Positions 39,626 to 52,060 of a stretch of DNA of 64,000 bases are shown in pieces. The stretch is from Mustelus asterias (taxonomy: Eukaryota), in the NCBI RefSeq assembly GCF_964213995.1, contig NW_027590142.1:62001-126000 (forward strand), in the 5' to 3' direction. Within the stretch, counting starts at the first letter, position 1, and the number at the start of each line of letters is the position of its first letter. The notes beneath the pieces were generated by a model. That model was given only the letters and a program-made list of their open reading frames with translations. It searched no databases and was not told where the DNA came from. Position numbers and translations under genes: made by a program.

Positions 39626-40332
39626 TGAATACGGGAATGGGTTAATGAACTTTGTAACACTGAAGCATTGAGACACGAACTCTGCAATGTTGTGAGAAAT
39701 ACTGTGGAGCTAATGTTTACGTTAGGGCTCGGTGTTTTCATGTCTGTGGAACTTGTTTTCATGTATCCAAACCAGATAAGAGAGACAGCTGTCCTTCCTG
39801 TTCCCAGCTAATTGCGTATCAGGAATGTGGCTGAGCAGAATTAGCTAAGCAGACTCCATTTTATGTTCCTTTCTATTATGTACCTTTGTTTAACACGGTG
39901 GAGCTGACATGTATGCCTTCTGTCATTGTATCACAATAGATTCATATGTATTGATTATATGGTATTCATCTATCCTATTTATACTGACATAAATTGCTAT
40001 ATACGCTCCTGTATCTTAGTTACCTTGTTTATGCAAACTTATAGTCTTGCGTGATGAATAAACAATACACAGGTGGCGACAAAACAGACATTCGCAGCCT
40101 TGAGGATGGCCACGGTTACACGGGAAAGACGGAACTTGCCGAGACAGCAATAATCGTGGGAAGATGAGGACGTGACCAGGGGTGAAAATATATGTATTAA
40201 TGTTTGCTCTTGACCTGAATTCAGTAAGAAGTCTGAGACCGTGTTCGGGAGGACCTCTTCCACAATTGTGCAAATAACCCACTGTACGTTGACTCTACAA
40301 CTAGTCTCAGAGGTATTATTTTACCTACAACA
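39626..40332 (+). repeat. ERV 3' LTR, preceded by PPT aggggagag (39617-39625)
   Basis: Direct repeat of the 5' LTR with scattered substitutions. Confidence 0.95.
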
Positions 40333-40406
40333 CTGTAGATGTGGGATAACTTTATTTTCAGAGGACGTTTGTTGAGGTACCGCGCCTTGAAATGAAAGAG
40401 TGTGTC

Positions 40407-40437
<31 letters not shown>

Positions 40438-40670
40438 GAAATAAAGAGAGGGTCCAACAGATGGAGATGGCTGGAAGTGGGAGACTCTGTCTGTGTCCAC
40501 TCTTGTTAGCTATGTTTTGGTAACACCTCGTGTACAAACAAGCTGGATTTATTGTTCCTATTTCGGTGGAAGCCTAATAACTGCACTTCCTCTTCGGTTC
40601 TGCTTATCACTATAAAGAAGCAAGTCAAGATATATTGCACTATTCTAACCACTGCAAATACAATTTGCAG

Positions 40671-42592
40671 ATGGATCACCCACGAGAGTTAAATGTTTTC
40701 ATTCTAGCAGCAATCATCTCAGGTGAGTAACACTTCAGATTCGCATTGATTACCTCGCAATAAAAACTTTTATTCTTCCACATTTAATGTTGCTTTTTGG
40801 AGAAAAACTAGAGCAATATTCGCAGTTGTTGAATTGGCGGCATTTTGACATAATGTTTAGCATTGCTGCCTCACAGCGCCAGGGACCCGGATTCGATTAC
40901 CGGCTTGGGTCACTGTGCAGAGTCTGCATGTTTCTCCCATGTCTACATGAGTTTCTTCTGGGTGCTCTGGTTTCCTCCTGCAGTCCGAAAGATGTGCTGA
41001 TTAGGTGCACTGGCCGTGCTGATCTCTCCCTCAATGTAACCGAACAGGCGCTGGAGTGTGGCGACTCGGGGATTTTTACAGTAACTTAATTGCAGTGTTA
41101 ATATAAACCTTGTGACACTGATAAATCAACTTAACTGAATTATTCTCATTGATTTCCTTTCAGGAAATTATTTTACATTCTTATATTTAATGTTGATCTT
41201 ACGAGACAAGTGCACAACAATATTACTGGCGACTGATTTTTTTTAATTATTGGGATTTTACAAATAGTTGTTTAAAAGCTTCAGCAGTGAGAAAAGGCAA
41301 ACCTATCATAGATATGAACAGTTCACCAAACACATCTTCGACATACCTTCCAGACCCAAAACATCCCGCACTTGGAAGGAAATTTGCTGCTGATGGACAC
41401 GAAAAGCATCGCCTGCAGTATTCCCTCCGATCCACACATATCCATGAAGCTAGAATCACCTTTCTATGACTGTCGCTGTGTTAAAACCATTGGGGACACC
41501 ACCTTCCCTCTGAAAGTACTGTTGAGTGTGCCTTGTGCATCTGCACACGCAGCACTCCAGGAAAACAGTTCCACACTCTCTTCTCAAGGGCGGCAAATTA
41601 GCATGGGCAGAAATCCTGGCTCAGTCTCGCGACTCTCATATCCCAGGACAGAATAAATCACAGAGTCGTTAGTGTGGGATTTAGGCGAAGCCTTTTTATT
41701 TCCTTAAGTGAATGGTGAGAACGTGGAACTGTTGAACATGGAAAATGTGACGTGAACGGTGTTTATGTATTTCAGGGGGCTATCGGGTGGAGAGAAAGAG
41801 TAATAGGCGGCTCATCTCATAGTGTGAGAAGAAGTGGGGTTGGGGTGAATGAACACCAGCAAAAGCCCATGGGCCGAATGGCCTGCTACTGCGTTAACAA
41901 ATTTGAAATCTAATTAAAAACATGGCCTGTTATCAACTCAAATTGCATCCCACGCCTCATTAGGTTTTGGATACATGTTGCAGATATTGACCTAGCCAGA
42001 TCTTAAATCTCCAAGTCTCTGGCCAGGCGGCACACCAAGAGGCTGGAGACGCATCACCGCCCTCCAGCTCAGCTTCGTGCAATGGTACTGATGCACTCAC
42101 AGGGCAAAATCGCGACTGCTGGCTACCTCCAAGGGCAGCACGATGCCTACAGGCGGAACTGGGGCCGCCCTCCATTGGGCCCACGATCCTCCCCCTCCCC
42201 CGCGCCTCCCCAGTTTCAAATCGACATAGTGCCTGGAACCTCCACTTAATTCTCATTTTCTCTCCCCTTCAGGTAGCCTGGCTGCATCCGCAGTCATACA
42301 CCAGCCAGAGGCAGAAGTGATGGTCCAGCAGGGAGCCACCACGACAATCACCTGCTCCTACACAGAGGTGGAGAGGGCTTGCTTGGTCTGGTACCGGGAA
42401 CCTCTCCACCCAGCCATGGGAGGGAGTCCCGAGTATATTCTCGTCCGCTGCACCGACGGTTTCAGCGACAGCGCCACATTTTCCAGGCGTCGCTTTTCCT
42501 CCTCCCTGAGCAAAACTTACAGAAGCATCAGTCTGACAGTTGCACCCGTGACAGCTGAGGACTCCAGGAAATACTTCTGCGTCTTAAACACA
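40671..42592 (+). CDS. Divergent TCR alpha/delta-type V gene, apparently intact (putative leader 40671-40722, V exon 42273-42592)
   Basis: TATAAA at 40611; leader MDHPRELNVFILAAIIS-G then gtgagt; V reads SAVIHQPEAEVMVQQGATTTITCSY...CLVWYRE...VRC...EDSRKYFCVLNT; leader-V pairing is inferred from phase. Confidence 0.8.
40855..41130 (+). mobile_element. HE1-family SINE, degenerate, in the V intron
   Basis: gctgcctcacagcgccagggacccggattcga; same subtype as 5775. Confidence 0.7.
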
Positions 42593-42631
42593 CACACTGG
42601 CATATTCCGGGCAGCAGTCTCTGCATAAACT
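42593..42631 (+). other. 23-RSS, variant
   Basis: CACACTG, 23 nt spacer, GCATAAACT. Confidence 0.75.
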
Positions 42632-43194
42632 GCAGGTTCCTCTCCCAGGCAATGGAAGGTCTCGGCATGATGTGTAGTCCCATTGTCCAATGTCGGTGTT
42701 GTAGAATTGCAGCATCAACACAGAGATGGACAGGCAAACAGATGTGAATTAGATTCTTAGACACATCAGCTGATTCAGTAACACATAAAACAGATATATG
42801 GTCACTGGACAGCTAGCAAGATAGATTGATAGACACAGGAACTGATGCATTAACACACAAGGCAGAAATATGGTCACCGGACAGTTAGATAGATGTATAG
42901 ACACACGAACGGATGAATTAACAGAAAACAAATAAATGGTCACTCGATAGTTAAATGGATAGATTCATAGACAGAGCTAGACTAACATACAAAACATATA
43001 CATGGACACGAAGACGTTAGATAGTTTGGAGCCACATCAACTGCTGGACGAGCAGGCAAAATGGATACATGGTGACTAGCTTACTTGAAACTAACTTACA
43101 GGTGATGAACATACAAATAAGCAGGAAGGCACAGTGTGATCAGCTCTGAACAACAGATGGATACACGCAGACTTTTAGACATGAAGAGAGGCTA

Positions 43195-43640
43195 CGAAGG
43201 ATGTGATTACACTAGAGAGGGTGCAGAGGAGACTCACCAGGATGTTTCCTGGGCGAGATCGTTTCAGCTATGAAGGGAGGCTGGTTCGGCTGGGGTTGTT
43301 TTCCTTAAAGCAGAGATGTGGGAGGGACCTGATTGAGGTGTACAGAATTACGAGGGATATCGATATTGTGACTAGAAAGGGACATTTCCCCTTAGTTCGG
43401 AAGTCAATAACGAGGTGACATAAATTTAAGGTAGGGGGCAGCAGATTTAGTGGGGATTTGGGGTCAAAGCACTTTCATCCAATGGGTGGTGGGAATCTGG
43501 TACTGACTGCCTGATGAGACGGCGACCCCTCACAACATTTAAGAAGCATTCAGGTGAACACTCGACACGCCGTAGCATGCAAGTCTACGGACCAAGTGCT
43601 CGGAAATTCGACTAGAATAGCTGGGTGTTTGGTGATCCTC
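43195..43640 (+). mobile_element. Old CR1 3' fragment
   Basis: LERVQRRLTRMFPG...LGLFSL. Confidence 0.7.
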
Positions 43641-44419
43641 AACCACAGTTCTTGCCTGCAGATTGGAATGTCGCCTTTCGTATCCAGTGGACAGCGGCCA
43701 GTGGCAATGTCGGCCAAGGATTTGCGTCGCCTTGACTTTCCCCAGTACAATGCCCATGGATTGAAAACAGGATTCTGTGTGTGTGTGTGTGTGTGTGTGT
43801 GCCTGTGTGTGTTAGTATGTGTCTGTGTGCGCGGCGCAGTGAGTTCTGTCAATTATTTGTCACAATCATCATGACCATTGACATTGTAATTGATGCCGCT
43901 CCCCGCTGCTGCTGTGGATAAATTTAAATCCAAGCTAAGCACAGCTGCTGATCGTTCCGCACAGGTGGATATGAGGCACCTCAGTGACCCTTTTTTCAAT
44001 GTGGATTGTAACACAAACAGGTTATTTACCAGGCTTGGGTAGGATTGGATTAATGAACGTTGTGTCAGTCCATCGGCCATCTCGGCCTCTGCACACAGTA
44101 CAACTGGAACCAATGTGTGTGAGGTCCTCAGCACAAGGACAAGAGTCATTTTGTTTTCACGAAGACTGTTGCACTTAGTCCCTTAGCATATTGCTGGCGT
44201 GATCCGACTGAGTGCCACTATTGCTGAGGGGAAGCGGCGAATCTCGAGGTGCTAGAGACAGGAATCAAATTTGCTGCATAAATGAACATTTGTAACATTG
44301 AAATGATTCAAGTCTTGGCACTTGCTGCTAATAGAGAAGGCACCATTATTAATGGTTCTAAAGATTGTTATTTATTGCAAGTTCTGGTATTGTTCTTGCA
44401 AGAATACTATTGTTGTTGC

Positions 44420-44800
44420 AAAGGGTCATTGGTGTCCTCCCACACCAGTTACTGAAAGCAAGAATGCAGCGTCAGCAAGTAGTTAGAAAGGCATATGCTA
44501 TGTTGGCCTTCATTGCAAGGATGTATTCATACAGCTGTATCGGGCCTTGGAGAAACCATACCTGGAGTATTGCATGCAGTTTGGTCTCCTTATCTAATAA
44601 AGGATATACATACCATAGAGGGATTGCAGCAATGGTTGACCAGACTGGTTCCTGGGAGAGAACGATTGTCATATGAGGAAGTGATTGAGTCTACTGGGCC
44701 TATGTTCACTGAAATTTAGATGAATGAAAGGGCATCTCACGGAAACGTATAAAAGTCTAAAAGAGCTGGACAGCCTGATGCAGGGATGTTGTATTCCCTC
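44420..44800 (+). mobile_element. Old CR1 RT fragment
   Basis: QQVVRKAYAMLAFIAR and WSPYLIKDI. Confidence 0.65.
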
Positions 44801-45131
44801 TGAAACGATTATTAATAACCCACAAGTGCATAGAACCAATGATCGTGTCTTCAACACACACACACATCTGTGACACAGATTGGTGAGTAAAGGATCTTTT
44901 CAGTCTGCGATATTCGATGGTGATTCCTGCCCTTTTATGCAAACTTTACAACATGCATGAAATCCATTCCATTTCTCCTCCTTTTCTTGGCCATGGCCAA
45001 CAATGTTAATCAGTCTATTGGAGGATTCCATATGCAGAGTGGCTTGACAATTCTCCCAATGCCTCGTGTGTGTGTGTGTGTTTGTGTTTTCCACTGTGCC
45101 TCAACTCAGTGGTGTTAAACCGGCAGGAGTC

Positions 45132-45430
45132 ATCATAGAATCCCTACAGTGCAGAAGTCTGCACCCAGATCCACAACCCGCCCTTTCCCCTAACTTCGCC
45201 AATCAAACAATCTAAACGTCTTGGGACACTAAGGAGTAATTGAGCATGGCCAATCCACCAAAACTTCAGACATGTTTGGACTATGGGAGGGAACCGGAGC
45301 ACCGAGAGGAAACTTACACACACACGGGGAGACCGTGCAAACTCCATATAGTCAGCCAAGGCTGGAATCGAAACCTGTTCTGTCGTGTAATGCGGCAGCA
45401 GTGTCAACCAATGTGCTACCGTGTCGCCCT
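45132..45430 (-). mobile_element. HE1-family SINE, degenerate
   Basis: Reverse complement begins gggcgacacggtagcaca; body ggtgctccggttccctccca. Confidence 0.7.
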
Positions 45431-45463
45431 TCACCATGACTGATGTCTCTCTAACTTTAACAG

Positions 45464-45752
45464 ATGTCAAGTTGGAAGTATCGCTGACGCAGTCAGAGGC
45501 AGAGATGGGGCTCCCAGGGTAGTTCCTGCCCCTAGCCTCCAAAACCAGTTGCTTCGACTTCAGTGGCCAGTGGCCATATTAGAACCAGAAGAGTACCGGG
45601 AAGAGGCAGGACCAGCTAAATATCCAACAGTGAGGAGTCTGAAGGAAGAGTCACTGCTTCCAATGACCTTACACACAATATATTTGCTTTCGATGTCAGG
45701 AGGGTGACAATGGAGGACACCCTGCTTATGTCAGTGCACAGCTAACACAGTG
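45464..45752 (+). pseudogene. IgH-like V pseudogene
   Basis: DVKLEVSLTQSEAEMGLPG*...KTSCFDFSG...EGRVTASNDLTHNIFAFDV...EDT; heptamer CACAGTG at 45746-45752; no good nonamer. Confidence 0.7.
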
Positions 45753-46100
45753 AGGCTAAAGCAACATGAAATCGGTCACCTAGTGAAACAATATTCCAAA
45801 TGGTAATGTTAACGGGAACATCAGGAATAGGGTTCAATTCATCGTGAGTAACAGTGAGTCTGTGCAGACTTAATTAACAATGAAGATTTGTTGACGCCCA
45901 TTCTGTATTAAGGTGGGTGTCATCATGTGATGACAGCGTCTTCCATTCCAGGCAGCCAATAGTCGTTGTCTTGTCAAGGCCTTCCCCCGCCCATTGCACA
46001 AATCCTTGTGACTGACGATCAGAATCTAACGATCAGCTTAGTACGTTGTTCAGTGAGTGACTGGACGTTCTGTCGGGGTGTCTAATTTAACACAGGCTCC

Positions 46101-46576
46101 ATGAGCATGATGCTAGCGATATTTCTCTGTGTGTTCCTTGTCATCTTATCTTGTGAGTAGTTGGATATTATCAGAAAATTTGCACAGTTTCTGTTTGACA
46201 TCAATCATTCCCTGTGCAGTGACACAAACTGGATTCACCTCACCATAATTATTGTTTCTTCCCTTTAGCAGGCGTCCAGTCGGATGTGGTGTTGACCCAG
46301 CCAGAGGCAGAAACGGGGGTAGTAGGGCAATCCCTGACCCTAACCTGTAAAACCAGCGGATTTGATATTGGGAGCTTCATCATGCTCTGGTACCGGCACA
46401 GTCCTGAGACGGGACTGGGATGGCTGCTTTGGTACAATAATGAAAATAGCAAGGATTACAATCAGGAGCTTGGTGGACGATTCATTGCATCCAAGGACCT
46501 TTCCAACAACGTATTCGATCTCTCTGTCAGCACGTTAACAATAGCAGACAGCGCGACGTATTACTGTGCACAGCAG
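46101..46576 (+). CDS. Intact IgH-like V gene inside the TCR V array (leader 46101-46152, V exon 46272-46576)
   Basis: Leader MSMMLAIFLCVFLVILS then gtgagt; VQSDVVLTQPEAETG...LTCKTSGFD...GRFIASKDLSNNVF...YYCAQQ matches shark IgM/IgW VH framework motifs. Confidence 0.9.
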
Positions 46577-46615
46577 CACAGTGATATAGATCACATCCAG
46601 ACTTGTACAAAAACC
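46577..46615 (+). other. Consensus 23-RSS
   Basis: CACAGTG, 23 nt spacer, ACAAAAACC. Confidence 0.95.
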
Positions 46616-47854
46616 CACAAGAGGAATTGCAGCCATTTCCCTGCTTTTCTTTCCATTCATGGGATGCCCACGCTTAATTTTCCATGAATTGAATGGTTTC
46701 TTAGGTCATTTCAAATGGTGCTTGAGAGTCAACCGCATTGTTGCGTGGATATGCCGTCACATGTAAGCAAGATCAAGTAAGGAAGGCAGATTTCCTTCCA
46801 TAAAACGACATTCGTGAATCAGATTATTCTTCACGACAATCGACAATGGTTTCATGGTCATCATTAGATCTTTGCTTTCAGATTTTTATTGAATTCAAAT
46901 TTCAGCATCTGCCTTTGTGGGATTCAAGCCCCATTTGCACAGTAATTATTCCATTGCTCTAAGGTTCTTATGTGGAACTTGCTACCACAGGGAGTAACTA
47001 AGGCAAATCGCACAGATGCATTTAAGGGGAATCTAGTTAAGCATACGAGGGAGAGGGAAACCTAAAAATATATTGATCGGATTGGATGAAGAACATTGGA
47101 GGAAAGGTCATCCGCGGCAATAATATCAGTACGTTGGAACGACCGAATGACCGGCATCTGTGTGTCGACTCTATGAGTCGATGTTTCTGTTGCATTGATG
47201 AGTGCGTTCTGTTCATTGTGCCACCAGAGAGCATTGGGAGAGCAATGGCATTGAGAGCATTGACAAGCAAATAGATTAGCTACCGTTTTTTCTTCCACTA
47301 TTGAGCAAAGGTATACACGCGAGACGAATGAAACAACCGAGAAGCGCGACTGACTCTTCCTGATCCAGTCTGACAGAATTACACAGAGCTGTTGGTGAAG
47401 GACACTCACGCGGAGTTCAGGCCAGATAGCTGATCATTGAATGTGGATGCACCCTGTGAATCTTGACCAGGACCAGAATAGACGAAAGAAAAGCAAGTTT
47501 CTTCTGAAACTGAGGAATTCGAAAGGTTATTCCTTACTGCTAAACATGCGGATTATGTATTGAAACGTTTCTGATTGTCAGACGCAATGTGACAATGTGT
47601 GCTCTTCACTAATACTAAGTAACTGAAAGCAGCAGATTATTTCGATGGCTATTGAGATAATCATTGTCGCAGTGTGAACTTAGGTTCGCTCACAATAGTG
47701 GGTCCATGCGCATCCTTTTAGCCACATGCTTAATGTTAATTTCACATGGCGCATATTTCATGCACGGTTGTTTCAAACATAAAAACTGCGCAAATACCTG
47801 CTCACAAAGCTGTTTTGATTTGCCCAGGATGGAACAATACAACAAAACTTGCAA

Positions 47855-48340
47855 ACATTGCTTCCTTCATACCATCAAATGGTTAGAAGTGGGGATCTCT
47901 GCTTATGACTGCACAATGCTTAGCATCATTCGCAACTCCTCAGATGCCGACGCACTCTATGTCCAAATGCAACAAGACCTGGACAATATCCAGGCTTGAG
48001 CTTACAGGTCACAACAAAACATTTAAGCTGCACAAGTGCCAAGCAATGACCATCTCCAACAAGAAAGAGTCGAACAGTCGCCCTTAAAAATTCAACCACA
48101 TTACCATTACTGAATCTCATTCAACATTCCCCTCCAAGCTTCTCACCATCCTGGCTTGGAAATGTATCACCATTCCTTCATTGTGGCTGAGTCAAAATCA
48201 TGGGACTCCCTCCCTCGCATCACGGTGGGTGTAATTACACCACATGGACTGCAATGGTTCAAGTTGGTACTTCACCGCCACCTTGGACAATAAATGCTTC
48301 GCGACCCAGTAACACGCACAAACCTATAAGTAAACAATAA
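47855..48340 (+). mobile_element. Old LINE RT/3' fragment (CR1/L2-like)
   Basis: QMQQDLDNIQA and HKCQAMTISNK. Confidence 0.55.
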
Positions 48341-48709
48341 AAAGTTGGAACATGAAATTCTTTGCAAATGAATCTCTCATACCCTCCACCTTATCTCAGA
48401 TTTTGTACTTTATTTTCTTCCCGCTTTGCCCATTCAGTTGCTCAAAGCCTATTAGATTTCTAACTCTCCTGATGCAAGGTCACAGTCAAAAACTGGGAAC
48501 TCTCTTTCTATCTCCAAACTGTTGTCTGACCTGCTAAATATTCCCAATATTTTCTGCTTCGATTTCAGATTTGGTCGTGCACACCAGATTCATAGAATCA
48601 CTAAAGTGCAGAAGCAGTTATGAGGCCCATGAAATCTGTATCGACTCTCTCACAGAATATCCCTTGCCATCCCACGCAACCCAACGCATTTCCAACGCAG
48701 GTTGTAGCG

Positions 48710-49480
48710 AAAGGTCAACTTAATATGAGTTAGGTCCATTCAAAGGTCTGACAGCAGCAAGGAAGAAGCTGCTTTTGAGACGGTTGATACGTAACCTCAG
48801 ACTTTTGCATCTCTTCTCGACGGAAGAAGGTGGAAGAGAATATGCCCTGGGTGCGTGTGGTCCTTGATCATGCTGGCTGCTTTGCCGAGGCAGTGGGAAG
48901 TGTAGACAGAGTCAAAGGATGGGAGGCTGGTTCGCGTGATGAACTGGGCTTCGTTTACGATCGTTTGTAGTTTCTTGTGATCTTGGACAGAGCAGGAGCA
49001 AGCCGTGATAGAGCCATAAAGGATACTTTCTATGGTGCACCTCTAAAGGTTGGTAAGAGTCGCAGCGGACATGCCGAATTTCCTTAGCCTCTTGCGAAAG
49101 TGAAGGCGTTGGTGGGCTTTTTTTTAACTACAGCCTCGGCGTGGAGGGATAGGACGGGTTGTTGGTGATCCGGACACCGAGAAACCTGAAGCTCTTGAGT
49201 ATTTCCACTTCATCCCGTTGATGTAGACAAGGGCGTGTCTTCCACCACGCTTCCTGAAGTCGATGACTAGGTCATTTGTTCTTTTGACACTGAGGGAGAG
49301 ATTATTAGCATCGCATCAATTCACCAAATTCTCTCTATCTTTCCTGTGCTCTGTCTAATCATTGTCTGAGATCCGCCCTACTACAGTGGCGTCTCAGCAA
49401 AGTTGCAAATCGAGCTTGAGGGGAATTTGGCCACAGAATCTTAGGTGTATGAGGAGTAAAGTAAGGGGCTGAGGACACAG
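48710..49480 (-). mobile_element. Rex1-type LINE fragment, degenerate
   Basis: Colinear with 3920-4700. Confidence 0.75.
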
Positions 49481-51668
49481 ACTCGTGTCGAGAATAATGA
49501 ACACCTTGAATATATTCCATTCTCAACGAAAGTCATCACTCAGGAAGCAGCCAACACCCATCCATGTCTCACCCTTCAGAGCAAAGCTCTGTAAGGATAA
49601 CATCCTGCAATTATGTGTGGAGTCTGGAGAAACTGAGCTGACACAGAATATTCGCCATCCAAATTCGTATTTATATGGAATACCCAAGGAGAGATAATTG
49701 CATTGGCAGGAAGGCAGGTGTCAAAATCACGCAGATTTAAATGATTTGCACTCGTTTCTGGTTGTTCAGGAGCCATTTAGTTAGAGTGGGGGAGCCGGTT
49801 CGTTAGTGATTTTCAAAGGGGAGTACGTTCAGTATTTACAATGTCAACATTGTAAATATTATGTGTCAATTGCAGGGAGGTGGAAACATGTCGAAAAGGG
49901 GTTGAGTGATGGAATCTTCCATCCTGGTAGAACAGAAGGTTTATAGGAAGAACATCACTTTGGACTTCTTCTCCATGTCTGATCTCATCCTGACCTAACA
50001 ACATGTGTCCGCTCATTGATGGTTGTGGGTTTTCAATACTGGGATATGGGCAGTTGATAGGCCACTGGTATTGACACTAGATTAGCGACTCAGGGACCCA
50101 GGTTACTAAGTCGGGCGGGTACCCAAGTTCAAATCCGAACAAGGCAGATGATGAAATTTGAAGTAAATAAAAAAACCATTGAGACCATTGTCGATTGTTG
50201 TCAAAACCCATCTTGTTTACTAATGCCCTTTTAGGGAAGGAAATGAGCCTAAATGTGACTCCAGAAACACAGCAATATGGTTGGCTCTTAAAGGTTTCTG
50301 GTCAATGGATTCCCCCAGGATTTTTCAGCTATGAAAGAAGCATTTAGATGACCACCTGACACGCCTTATATACAAGGTTATGGACCAAGAGCTGGAAGAT
50401 GTGATTGGAATGGATACATGTTTGATGGCTAGCACAGACAAGACGGGCTGAAGGTCTGGAGAAGTTTATGACTCTTTGACTAACTCGACAGCTCCCCTTT
50501 CAAATCAGCCATGGGACATTAAACGCCCAACAGACAAGGCAGGCTGTTTGATACCTCGTCTAAACATTGATGAGTGACATTGCAGAACTTCCTCAACACA
50601 AACAGAAAATGCTAGAAAATCTCACAGCTCTGACAGCATCTGTGGGGAGCGAATAGTGCACACGTTTCGAGTCTAGATGACCTTTCGCTAGCTCTGACGA
50701 AGGGTTCTCTAGACTCGAAGCAAAAACAGAAAATTCTGGAAAATCCCAGCAGGACTGACAGCATCTGTGAAGAGAAAATGGAGTCAAGGTTTTGAGGCTG
50801 GATAACATAGAACCAAGCTTACTTGGTCTGACTCCAGATGCACAGCAAGGCTTGCCATCTGGAATGATCTAACAACTCTCCGGTTTCCTCCTACAGTCCG
50901 AAACATGTGCTGGTTAGGTGCATTGACCATGCTAAATTGTCCCTCAGTGTACCCGAACAGGTGCCAGGGTGTGGCGACGAGGGGATTGTCACAGTAACTT
51001 CACTGCAGTGTCAATGTAAGCCCAGCTGTTGCACTAATTAATAAACTTTAAACAATCCATTCAATTCAGGGCAATTAGGGATGTGAGCGAAGTCCTCACC
51101 CCTTGAGATAATAAATAAAACCAAAACCGATTCACCTACTTCTCATCAAATCCTTCGATGGATGCCCTTCTCACCGTCTCTGGAATCGTCTCCAACCTGT
51201 GTTCTTTTTCAATCTGTTGTTTCTATAGTTTTTGCCTTTTGAAAGTGCCCCTAATTCTTTTCGCCCCTCAATCCGCAACTATGCCTTCAATTGCCTTGTT
51301 CCTGAGCTGGGGAATTCTCTAGGTTAATTCCTCACCGCCCCGCCTGCCCGCCCCCCCCCCCACCCCTCCCCCAATCCCCCCCTCCCTCATCCCCGCCCAC
51401 TTTTCCACCTCAGCTTCCTTACCTCCGTTCCTTTAAAAATTTTCCTGAAAAATTACCCCAACCGCAGAACATCCTGCTGGTTATCTAACCCCTACAGGTG
51501 CGTTGTGCCAAATATGTTTAGCCAGTGCTCATGTGAAATCACATGGACGGTTTTAATCGGGTGCGTTGCTTCATGGGAGTAGAATTGATAGTTGCATCAA
51601 TCAGCGACATTCTGCTGTCGCAGCTGAAATGATACATGCGACAACAGTAGCAGCAACAGCTGCTGAAG

Positions 51669-51734
51669 AGTTTTTGTGCTGGCATGTATCACTGTGCACA
51701 GTGATGGGCCTCGGCTTCCCATCATACTAAAACT
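51669..51734. other. Precise RSS signal joint (12-RSS fused heptamer-to-heptamer with a 22-RSS)
   Basis: AGTTTTTGT, 12 nt, CACTGTG | CACAGTG, 22 nt, ACTAAAACT. Confidence 0.92.
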
Positions 51735-52060
51735 CTCACTGAAGATTTTCACATAAACAAATGAAAAAGCGGAGTTAATCTTCCCTGAAACCCGCACAGT
51801 TCCATCGCACACCGTCAATCCCACAGTCACGTTTATAATGAGGATTTGATTATTACCGTTAACATTCTGAGTGTTTTAAACAAGGAGTGTGTGCGGAAGC
51901 TGACATCTTTCCCGGGTTAGGTGTTGATGAATGAAGAATGGAAATGACTGATCCCAGTTACAAACCCAAACAAAAGATGGGATCATCGTCTCTCAGCTGG
52001 AACTGGGAACCGCAGTCCCCGCTGTTTAATTAATTTCCCTACATCTCACACAGTATCTGG

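Larger units (their letters stand above)
29732..40332 (+). mobile_element. Defective endogenous retrovirus (provirus with two LTRs and 5-bp TSD CTGTA)
   Basis: LTRs TG...CA, TSD at 29727-29731 and 40333-40337, PBS, PPT, and gag, integrase and env remnants. Confidence 0.95.

Noticed and set aside
49580-49830. Possible minus-strand V relic (MAPEQ...DGEYS-V)
   Set aside because: Too decayed; no convincing Cys/Trp framework or RSS
23071-51696. V-D coding joint and signal joint as the two ends of a single inversion
   Set aside because: That geometry would put the 22-RSS on the left of the signal joint, but the 12-RSS is on the left
51681-51734. GMYHCA followed by a heptamer, which could be read as the 3' end of a V gene
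   Set aside because: No V framework upstream; the bases are fully explained as the spacer and heptamer of an opposing 12-RSS
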